Shown: in pieces, positions 56,300-64,000 of the stretch
How the letters are laid out: each line of letters opens with the position of its first letter
Numbering within the stretch: the stretch's first letter is position 1
Assembly (NCBI GenBank): GCA_965200955.1
Contig: OZ241742.1
Location: 702,831 to 766,830, forward strand
Direction of reading: 5' to 3'
DNA length: 64,000 bases
Origin: Rhodothermales bacterium
GTDB taxonomy: Bacteria; Bacteroidota; Rhodothermia; Rhodothermales; Bin80
Translations under genes and position numbers: made by a program
Notes under the pieces: generated by a model
Seen by the model: the letters and a program-made list of their open reading frames with translations, nothing else
Told to the model about the DNA's origin: nothing
Databases searched by the model: none

Positions 56300-57148
56300 T
56301 TAGATTCTGCAGGTTCGAATTTCAGTAATCACAATGCTAGTGGCCCCAATGCTTTCCAGTTCATCCATAATTCGATTGGTTTCCTCACGCTTGGCCAGTG
56401 CTTTCACGGCAACCCAATCTGGCTTGCTCAGAGGGGCTATGGTAGGAGATTCGATACCTGGAGTGATCTCACAAGCTTGTTGGAGGGCGGATCTGGGACA
56501 GCCATATTCGATCATCACATAGGTTCTAGCGAGGAGGATACCTTGGATTCGCCGAACGAACAGCTGTGCGGATGACTTGGTTTTAATGATTTCTTCATGA
56601 CCAGCCAGAATGGCCTCCGTTTTCAAAATTGGTTCGCCGATGATACACAATCCAGCATCTTCCAGGGTACGTCCACTTTGAACCAAGTCGGCAATAATAT
56701 CTGCAACCCCCAGCTGGATAGAAACTTCCACCGCTCCGTCAAGGGGTACAATGTCTGCCTGCGTCTGTTTGCGAGCTAGATCTTTGCTGACCAGATGCGT
56801 GAACGATGTGGCAATCCGTAAGCCCTCAAGGTCTTCTAAGTCAAGATGGGCACTATTAGGTCCAGCATAACATAACTTTGCCCCACCGAAGCCTAAAGAA
56901 AGGATTTCATGAAGCCCAGACTGCTGCTCCAAAAGAAAATCCCGACCAATGACCCCTAAGTCAAGCGTACCATTACTGACATAAGTAGCAATATCCCGAG
57001 GTCGCAGGAAATAGAACAAGATCTGATTTCCGGTATCTCGTACTCGTAACTCTCGTCCAGATCTTTGACATGAATAGCCAGCCGCATGGATGAGTTTTAC
57101 GGCATCATCAGCAAGTGCTCCCTTGTTGGGAAGAGCAATTTGCAGCAT
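56300..57148 (-). CDS. hisG: ATP phosphoribosyltransferase (long form)
   Basis: MLQIALPNKGAL start, DLGVIGRD, C-terminal regulatory domain, adjacent to hisE. Confidence 0.9.
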   Translation of the reverse strand: MLQIALPNKGALADDAVKLIHAAGYSCQRSGRELRVRDTGNQILFYFLRPRDIATYVSNGTLDLGVIGRDFLLEQQSGLHEILSLGFGGAKLCYAGPNSAHLDLEDLEGLRIATSFTHLVSKDLARKQTQADIVPLDGAVEVSIQLGVADIIADLVQSGRTLEDAGLCIIGEPILKTEAILAGHEEIIKTKSSAQLFVRRIQGILLARTYVMIEYGCPRSALQQACEITPGIESPTIAPLSKPDWVAVKALAKREETNRIMDELESIGATSIVITEIRTCRI

Positions 57149-57163
57149 TATGACTCCAATCGT

Positions 57164-57427
57164 TTACAGATGGCTATAGACATCTTCAAGTGAAAGGTCG
57201 CAGGCCAACATCATTACCTGAATATGGTAGATAAGTTGAGATATTTCTTCCGCAGTCCTTTCTGGAGACTCGTGATTGGCCGCCATCCATACTTCACCAG
57301 CTTCCTCAAGAATTTTTTTCCCGATCTCGTGCGTCCCTTCATGAACTGCACGAACGGTAGAAGAAGATGGATCCTGTTGCTTTACCTTATCCTTCAATTC
57401 CTCAAAAAGATCTTCAAATCGTTTCAT
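57164..57427 (-). CDS. hisE: phosphoribosyl-ATP pyrophosphohydrolase
   Basis: 87 aa, FEDLFEELKDKV...KKILEEAGEV...EEISQLIYHIQVMM, typical HisE. Confidence 0.85.
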   Translation of the reverse strand: MKRFEDLFEELKDKVKQQDPSSSTVRAVHEGTHEIGKKILEEAGEVWMAANHESPERTAEEISQLIYHIQVMMLACDLSLEDVYSHL

Positions 57428-57603
57428 TTGATGGAACTATGTCACTCATTAGAATAGAACAACAGACAACTCACATAGGGTAATGTAAGTCTCCTGCCAC
57501 AGAGTCTTAACCAAAAGCAGACTCTGGTCAAATATAAGACAGAGTTCGCTTACAACAACTATATGATTGGAAGAGAAGAGCTTGCGAGTGCAAGGTGTAC
57601 ACT

Positions 57604-57819
57604 TTAGATCGCCTCGGAAAGCAAACGATTGAGCTGGCAAGAGTTTTTCATGCTTGATCCTCCTAGGAGATCATCAAAGAAAGAAATCATCGCAGATCGC
57701 TCTGAAGGATTTGATTCGTAGGTTTCCAGAGTAGACAGGAAACGTGTCCAGACGGACTCATCAATCTGGCCGTCTAGGTAACGAGCAAAAAGTCGTCCTA
57801 ATGGATTTGAACGGTTCAT
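57604..57819 (-). CDS. hypothetical small protein
   Basis: 71-aa ORF with protein-like composition and no recognised motif. Confidence 0.3.
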   Translation of the reverse strand: MNRSNPLGRLFARYLDGQIDESVWTRFLSTLETYESNPSERSAMISFFDDLLGGSSMKNSCQLNRLLSEAI

Positions 57820-58223
57820 TTTTGAATCAGAAAATGGTTGATAGATAAAAGAATGCTACCTTCAGTACCCAATACGGCAAAAATCAAGCCAAAGTTGCAT
57901 TCTTATCAAAATTCATCAACATTACACATTAAACGATCAAGACACGCAATCCTCATAATGATCTGATGGCGGAAAATTCATTTGGTAGATGCTTTTCCAC
58001 ACTGATAGAGGTGATGTGGATGGCTACTGGATTGGCAGTATAAAGGGTGTTATAAGGTGATTGCAACGGTCATTAATTTTATCTGAAAATATAACTAACT
58101 CTAACGCTGTTTTATTATGAGACTGTCCAGAATAACCCTGTATTTGTGAATTTTAATCACATATCTTGCAGTGATGAATGCAATCTGTTGGGTTCATATG
58201 TAATATTGGAAGATGGTGGATAG

Positions 58224-60242
58224 TTAGGGGGTATATTTATACATGAAATAGCTTCGATTTGAAGCTTGAATTCGTTGAATTTCGATGTTTCTGTCGGATC
58301 TTGAACGCACTCGTAGTCCCTCATAACTCATGCCTAGTTCAGATGCAAGTTCATGTCCAGTCTGATACCCCTGTTGACGCAATTTGTTACGTATACGCGT
58401 AAGTCCGTTTTTCATGCCATGCCGCATACGGATTCTCTGAATACTCTTTTTTGTAAACGAATCCCCCCGGGAATCAAGATGTCCGCGTTGATTTAATTTC
58501 CGAGCGACATCAGGATCTGTGTATCCAACTTCAAGCAAAGTTTCAAGTTCGGCCAAAATCTCTGGTGATGCATCACGGCGCACAACGAATGCACGCGGTA
58601 AACGTACCTCAATCGGAGCTAATTCTTGGGTTTGTCCTCCACGTAAACGAATCTTAATCTCCACTTGGCTACCGTTTCGGATGAGGGTCACATCTTCAAT
58701 CAAATATCCCAGAAGACGTTTGCGCTCCTCGTTGCTCGTTGCAACGGCATTCCAGACTTTGCCAAAGTCTTCGGCAAGTGCAAGAATTTTCTCGTCAAGC
58801 TCCTGATCACATAGACTCTTGTGCATCTCAACATGGCTCTCACGTTCATTTACCGCATCTTCATAGGCCTTCATATTGGATTCCCATTCACCTTCAAGGG
58901 TCGCAGCTACGCGCCGATTGGATGGATCTACTTCCATGAAGCGACGACGAGCTAACTCTGTGTGATCGGACAATTCGGCAATGCGATTTTGTCTCTGGCG
59001 GTCTGCCTCCTCAAAGTCTACACGTAACTGTTCACGAACCCTCAAGGAAAGGGACAAGTTCTCTTGATTGATGGCCCCAACAATAAAGCTGCTGACGGCC
59101 GCATCTACGGCTTCTCCCCGTACCGACTGACAGGTCAACTTCCTGTGATTACAACGATTCTTTTTGCATACATAATACCAGTGCCGCTCCTGATTTTTGG
59201 ATGAGGTATAGATCACCTGCATTTGATAACCACAGATTCCACACAAGACTCTTGATGAAAGAAGTGCCTGCCCTGATCGCGGAGACGGCACTCGATCTTT
59301 ACCTCTCAAAAAATGGAGTCCATTGGCATGGAGTCTCTGCTGATTTTTCATATATTCATCCCAATCAATATAGCCTTCATGAGCATCTTGGATACAGACT
59401 CTCCATTGCTCCATGGGGAGCTCTACGGTACGGAAAGTTTCGTCAGGTAAACGCTCTCTTCTGCGGCGACCGTAGCTGTAACAACCCGCATAACGAGGGC
59501 TACGCAAGATTTGTAGAACCCGGCTCGGTGTGGATGGATTCCAATGAATGGATGCTCCGATATTGCGTGCCGGAAGGTGAATCTTCTGTTGGAGTAGCCA
59601 TTGATGGACTTTAGATGCAGATTTTAACCTGCGAAAGGATCTAAACACAAGATCAATGGCATCCCGAACACGAGGATCTGGATCCTTGACGACCTGATTG
59701 GAATCGGTATACACCAATCCTACGGGTAGGGCGAGTTTCAAGGCACCGCGCTGTGCCTTATTGCGCTGTCCTTGAATCATCCGTTGACGAATTCCCCGTA
59801 ATTCAAATTCCGATAGCTGTCCTTTGATCCCCAGCAATAACCAGTCGTTGTCATCCGATGCGTCGTAGACACCGTACTCGTCCAGAATGAGGGTATTCGT
59901 GATGGATGCGATTTTAAGCAGCTGTTGCCATTCTGCACTATTACGACAGAGACGAGACACCTCAAGACAGAGTACAATGCCTACTTCTCCGGCGCCAACA
60001 CGTGCCCGCAAATCTTGGAACCCTGTGCGATGCACACTGGTTGCCCCTGACATGCCTTGATCCTCATCAATCACATGGATCTGTTCCATGGTCCATCCCA
60101 GATCCATTGCACGGTGACGAAGATCATACTGTCGTCGTTGACTCTCTTTGTTATTGTGAACCTGTTGCAAAGAGGATTGCCGTATATAGAGACAAGCCTG
60201 ACGGTTGAGGTGGTGCTGGGTAATCTTGGAAGAATCAATCAT
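58224..60242 (-). CDS. large serine recombinase (resolvase catalytic domain + recombinase domain + zinc ribbon + coiled coil)
   Basis: ACLYIRQSSLQQV (catalytic Ser region), VLCLEVSRLCRNSAEW, LSEFELRGIRQRM, Cys cluster CGICGYQM...YYVCKKNRC, 672 aa. Confidence 0.9.
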   Translation of the reverse strand: MIDSSKITQHHLNRQACLYIRQSSLQQVHNNKESQRRQYDLRHRAMDLGWTMEQIHVIDEDQGMSGATSVHRTGFQDLRARVGAGEVGIVLCLEVSRLCRNSAEWQQLLKIASITNTLILDEYGVYDASDDNDWLLLGIKGQLSEFELRGIRQRMIQGQRNKAQRGALKLALPVGLVYTDSNQVVKDPDPRVRDAIDLVFRSFRRLKSASKVHQWLLQQKIHLPARNIGASIHWNPSTPSRVLQILRSPRYAGCYSYGRRRRERLPDETFRTVELPMEQWRVCIQDAHEGYIDWDEYMKNQQRLHANGLHFLRGKDRVPSPRSGQALLSSRVLCGICGYQMQVIYTSSKNQERHWYYVCKKNRCNHRKLTCQSVRGEAVDAAVSSFIVGAINQENLSLSLRVREQLRVDFEEADRQRQNRIAELSDHTELARRRFMEVDPSNRRVAATLEGEWESNMKAYEDAVNERESHVEMHKSLCDQELDEKILALAEDFGKVWNAVATSNEERKRLLGYLIEDVTLIRNGSQVEIKIRLRGGQTQELAPIEVRLPRAFVVRRDASPEILAELETLLEVGYTDPDVARKLNQRGHLDSRGDSFTKKSIQRIRMRHGMKNGLTRIRNKLRQQGYQTGHELASELGMSYEGLRVRSRSDRNIEIQRIQASNRSYFMYKYTP

Positions 60243-60502
60243 GATGACGAAGGTTGTGGTGAAGGAAACAGCAGGTCATGGATGCAGCCTGATAGAGAAG
60301 TTCATCTGACGGGTCCAGATGAGCCGGTACTCCACCCCGTGAAACAGAGCGTTGCATCGGGGCAGTACGTTGTACAGCCCGTAACAATCCGTGATGAAGC
60401 AGGAGGGAAATTGCATGACTCTGTTGCCCCCTAAGCCAAGCATCACGCCAGAGGTGATAGCGGTAAATTCCCTGACCATCTAGATCCATGTCATCAGATT
60501 CG

Positions 60503-60943
60503 TCAGGCGTTTTTTTTTGACAGAGCCCGTTGAAGCCCTGTGAAATGAATGGATACCTTGAAGTAGTCATTGACCAAATCAGTAAGATCACGGATACTCG
60601 TCGGTCCATGTTCAATCCGATAATTCCGTGCAAATTCCACCATCTCAGGTGTAATCTTGTGGGGACCCTGCGGTCCGCGTTTCGCGGGAATCAAGGCTTG
60701 TAATCCCCCACTTATATACGCACGTCTCAGGCGCGTGTAGGTAGAAACGGACATTCCGAATTGAGCGGAGAGTTCTTTGATCGGCGTGTGTTTTGAATAC
60801 GCACGAATCATCTCGTATCGAACTTGGAGAAGATCCCGAGCATCAAAGAAAGAGCTGTCGGAAAAAAGGGGATCCGTCACCCTCTCTGGTCGCGAATTGA
60901 GCGTTCCAGAGGCGCGAAGATATTCAATCTTTTTGTCGTTCAT
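60503..60943 (-). CDS. helix-turn-helix protein resembling transposase OrfA-type HTH proteins
   Basis: IKELSAQFGMSVSTYTRLRRAYISGGLQALIPAKRGPQGPHKITPEM. The ATG at 60943 (MNDKKIEYL) is preferred to the long upstream extension. The stop sits just after an A9 run. Confidence 0.6.
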   Translation of the reverse strand: MNDKKIEYLRASGTLNSRPERVTDPLFSDSSFFDARDLLQVRYEMIRAYSKHTPIKELSAQFGMSVSTYTRLRRAYISGGLQALIPAKRGPQGPHKITPEMVEFARNYRIEHGPTSIRDLTDLVNDYFKVSIHFTGLQRALSKKNA

Positions 60944-61082
60944 GAAAGGATTGTTTATGATTAAAATATAATATACAAAAATAAATCCACTTCCACCACA
61001 TTTTTTGGAAAATATTCTAAAAAACCGCTCATTAAGCCTATATTCCCAAGAATGTTGAATAATTAATGAGCATAATGTTGAT

Positions 61083-61469
61083 TTATTTATGAGCATCTAA
61101 AAGAACATCTAACAACGACCGCAGCTCCATGAGGTCATCTATTCTAAACAGAGCACGACCCGATGAAACACGGTCAAAATCGTCAACCTCACGAAGGTTG
61201 GTCCAGTCTCTGGGAAAACGGCGATGACCGTCTTTGCCTACAATACAGCGGATCAACTGCGATTTTTTGGAGAGAAGTGAGCCCTGGATGGGAAAAATCC
61301 GGCCCGACCAAGGATGAAAAGGATGGGTGACTTTAATGCAACAGGGAGGATCCGTTCGACAGAACTCTGGAGGAGAGACGGTACCGACCTCTGCTTGACA
61401 TTGATCCAGATGTTTTGCATCTGGAGATGTACAATATATAAATTTAGAAACGAATTCTGCACTTACTAA
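61083..61469 (-). other. start-less open frame (..CCIKVTHPFHPWSGRIFPIQ...WTNLREVDDFDRVSSGRALFRIDDLMELRSLL*), possible remnant of a small mobile-element accessory gene
   Basis: Hand translation of the minus strand gives a frame open for ~128 codons with protein-like sequence but no ATG/GTG/TTG near its beginning. It lies directly upstream of the HTH and recombinase genes. Confidence 0.25.
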
Positions 61470-61513
61470 CTACACTTTCAGATATCGTCAACAGGGGACA
61501 CGATGAAATTCAC

Positions 61514-61958
61514 ATGCTTCTTTCAATACCAAGAGGATCTGTTGGAGATGGAATAACTATCCACAATTTTATCAGGGCTTTACCTATACCATTAATCACT
61601 TACAACATTGGGCAGGTTAATTCAATTGGAAATATCGTTTATCAAGCGGAAGAATCTATAGAATTACCTCTAAGACAAGCAGTTTTATGTTTCATGGAGT
61701 AGGTGTGATATTAGCTACGCACGGATGGAACCAAAGGATTTGCAAGAGAGAACGCAATCCATCGAAAACGATCAGAGTTTAATCACCAGTATCATGGTTT
61801 ATCGCACCAACTTGTCCTTTGACAAACTGAATTCCATGTTTCTGGCGATGGAAACTATCGGGGCTAAGGAAGTGCTTAAGTGCGATCTCACCGACAAAGT
61901 CACTGACTTTCGCTTGCCGAACATGATGCCGATTGTTTCGCTTGTATTCCAGCGGTAA
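61514..61958 (+). pseudogene. ClpP/S14-like serine peptidase fragments (truncated and frameshifted)
   Basis: LSIPRGSVGDGITIHNFIRALPIPLITYNIGQVNSIGNIVYQA resembles ClpP INSPGGSV..G.AIYD....I.P.V.T...G.AASMG. The second ORF ends ..SFDKLNSMFLAMETIGAKEVLKCDLTDKV, like the ClpP C-terminus. The two pieces are in different frames and the N-terminus is missing. Confidence 0.4.
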
Positions 61959-62072
61959 AGCATCATTATCGCTAATTTCAGATGGAGTCCCATCGGGGTT
62001 AAAATATAGCATTTGTCTAAGAGTAGATGGAAGTAATTTGCACAATAATACGGGAAATTTAATTAAATGTTT

Positions 62073-63245
62073 GGGGCTTCCATTTTTTAAGTGGGAGAAG
62101 CACAAAAAGGAGGGTAAACGATCGGGAAGAAAATGAGGTTCATAAAGGATAGATCAAGTATATTAGTTGTTTGACAACCAACCATCAAATCTTTTTATTA
62201 TGGCCTTAAAAATCACAAATATAAACGACCTTCTTGGGTTAGGATCTCCTTGGGGTATTCGGAGATTGAGCAAGATCGCACCCATCGCACGGCGAAGATC
62301 CATGTAACGCTTCCCTGCTACCCAGCTCTGCTGTCCAAAGTGTGGTAAGAAGTGTCTCGGTTACGATCATCGCAAGCGTACATGGCGACACACGAAGATT
62401 TGCGATTATCGTACAGTCGTTGTGGCGAATGTCCCTCGTGTCCACTGTCCAGAACATGGAGTGATAACGATTTCAGTGCCTTGGGCAGATGCACAGGTGC
62501 AATACACGAGGCAATTTGAGGCCCATGTGATTGACTTGTTGCATGATGCAACCAGTCATCATGCGGTGGCGAAGCGTATGGGGGTGAGTTGGACGATGAT
62601 CTCCAACATCGTGGACCGTGCAGTGGAGCGTGGAATCGCCCGCAAAGAGCAGGAGAAAGTGGAGCATATCTGCGTCGATGAGATTGCTTCCAAGAAAGGG
62701 CATAACTATGTGACGATCGTGTCGGATCCAGTGCGGGGCAAAGTGCTCCATGTGGCTCAGGGGCGCAAAATAAAGAGTTTAGTGTCCTATTATAATACAT
62801 GTTCAACCGAGCAACTCCATGCCCTCAAGAGCGTGAGTATGGATATGTGGCCTGCTTATATTCGTGCGACCCAATCATGCGTGCCTAATGCAGATCAAAA
62901 GATTGCATATGATCATTTTCATGTGACCAAATACATCATAGATGGAGTCGATACCGTTCGTAAACAAGAGCATGCAATCTTGAAGAAAGACAGCATATTG
63001 GATCTGGGTGGAACCAAGTATGACTGGTTAACCAACCGTGAGAATATGTCGGCAAAACAAAAGAAACGGTTCGATCGGTTAAAAACAAGCTCGTTGAAAA
63101 CAGCCCGTGCTTGGGCAATGAAAGAAATGAACAAGAAGCTGTGGAACTACAGGAATCGGCCCCCCCTAGCATGCAAAGGTTGGAAGTGCTGGTTGGGACG
63201 GCTTGATTGAAGTCGGTTGGATCCTATGAGAAAGGTCTCTAAGGG
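62073..63245 (+). pseudogene. degenerate, 3'-truncated second copy of the ISL3 element
   Basis: It shares the left end (GGGGCTTCCATTTTTTAAGTGGG) and most of the transposase gene with 33332-34500. It has an in-frame TAA near 62305, indels in the zinc-finger region and near 63160, and similarity stops at about 63245. Confidence 0.85.
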
Positions 63246-63525
63246 CATGTTCGAAAATAACTTTCTCATCTAAGTCAATTACAATCCTATTTTTAAATTT
63301 TTATATTTCTACATTCTTGCTTCATTCAGTTGAATTCATTCATTTAAGTTGAAGAGTAGATCTTTCTCTACTTCGCCGTTTATCGCTCCATATCTTATTC
63401 TACACCTTTTAGATTCTTGCCTGCTGGCAGGTCTGGCCCCCTATACGATCATTATTGGACCGTAATGAATCTTATATTTGATTTGGCAGTTATATTATTT
63501 TCTAATCATAACTTTGACTTTTATC

Positions 63526-64000
63526 ATGAATGCTCCCCGATTTACCTCCGACTCGTTGGCTCAGGTCTTGCAACGCAAAGGCATCGCCACCCTATCCGAA
63601 TTATCCTCTGAATTTGGCGATTGTTCCTCCCGTACACTGTATCGAAAACTCAACGAGTTAGATTACCTGTCCAGCTATTCTCACCGTGGAATGTATTATA
63701 CACTGCGGACCATTCCAGATTTTGATGCCCACGGACTTTGGTTTTACAATGACATTGGATTCTCCCATCATGGCACCCTGTCCAATACCTTGAAAGAGTT
63801 GGTTGCGTCTTCTCCATTAGGCTATCGCAGTGCTGAGCTTGATATGCTCCTGAAGGTTCGTACGGCAAACGCATTGGGCAAACTGGTCCATGACCAACAA
63901 CTCCATCGGATCTGCTTTCAGGGAAAACAGATCTACTGCTCACCAGATCCTGTTCATTACAAACGACAGCTGAATACGCGTAGGATGCAATTTCAAGACA
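63526..64000 (+). CDS. hypothetical protein, N-terminal part (ORF continues past the right edge of the window)
   Basis: Frame open from the ATG at 63526 to the window end: MNAPRFTSDSLAQVLQRKGIATLSELSSEFGDCSSRTLYRKLNELDYLSSYSHRGMYYTL.. (HTH-like N-terminus). It is not in the ORF track because no stop lies inside the window. Confidence 0.45.
   Translation, partial: MNAPRFTSDSLAQVLQRKGIATLSELSSEFGDCSSRTLYRKLNELDYLSSYSHRGMYYTLRTIPDFDAHGLWFYNDIGFSHHGTLSNTLKELVASSPLGYRSAELDMLLKVRTANALGKLVHDQQLHRICFQGKQIYCSPDPVHYKRQLNTRRMQFQD

Noticed and set aside
60276-60479. 67-aa ORF in the spacer between the HTH gene and the serine recombinase.
   Set aside because: No motifs and no obvious ribosome-binding context. 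It overlaps another equally open frame in a locally GC-richer segment, so the openness is probably compositional.
33332-63245. Considered whether the two same-orientation ISL3 copies bound a 30-kb composite transposon.
   Set aside because: The interior consists of core housekeeping genes (pdhABC, icd, gldAFG, htpG, hisGE). The second copy is truncated and lacks its right end, and no shared outer target duplication is present.

Overview
This is a 64-kb stretch of a bacterial chromosome. The gldA/gldF/gldG cluster, GH88 hydrolase and general gene content suggest an FCB-group (Bacteroidota-like) organism, but the taxon cannot be fixed from sequence alone. Core genes: lepA, tRNA-Leu(CAG), tRNA-Asn(GUU), a GntP permease plus IlvD/Edd dehydratase, dnaE (interrupted by a 158-aa mini-intein), an arsC-like/smr/amidotransferase cluster, ribE, pdhABC, a GT2 mannosyltransferase, icd, gldAFG plus DUF4340, htpG, a ROK kinase, eda, a PLP decarboxylase and hisGE. 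Five accessory patches are interleaved. (1) 8.3-19.7 kb, between ilvD and dnaE, is a defence-type island. It holds a Gp37/Gp68 (DUF5131) + TcmP-like pair whose TcmP gene is split by an IS1111-like IS110-family element with a long structured 3' non-coding end. It also holds a ParB-like protein, a decayed copy of a methyltransferase/helicase module, and an intact three-gene module (SAM-binding half protein, TaqI/Eco57I-like N6A methyltransferase, T5orf172/GIY-YIG-like SF2 helicase fusion). (2) 25.9-26.7 kb is a Panacea (DUF4065) antitoxin-like gene overlapping a small 2-TM protein. (3) 29.3-34.7 kb holds a frameshifted Fic gene, a GHKL-ATPase/nuclease-like fusion and an intact ISL3 element with an 8-bp target duplication. 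(4) 52.2-55.2 kb holds an ABC-type (AAA_21-like) ATPase + PIN-like pair next to a second Panacea pair whose small membrane gene is frameshifted at an A7 run. (5) 57.6-64.0 kb is a mobile-element graveyard: a large serine recombinase module, ClpP-like fragments, a truncated ISL3 copy and a further partial ORF. No CRISPR array, rRNA or riboswitch was recognised. All functional calls rest on motif reading by eye, with no database search.
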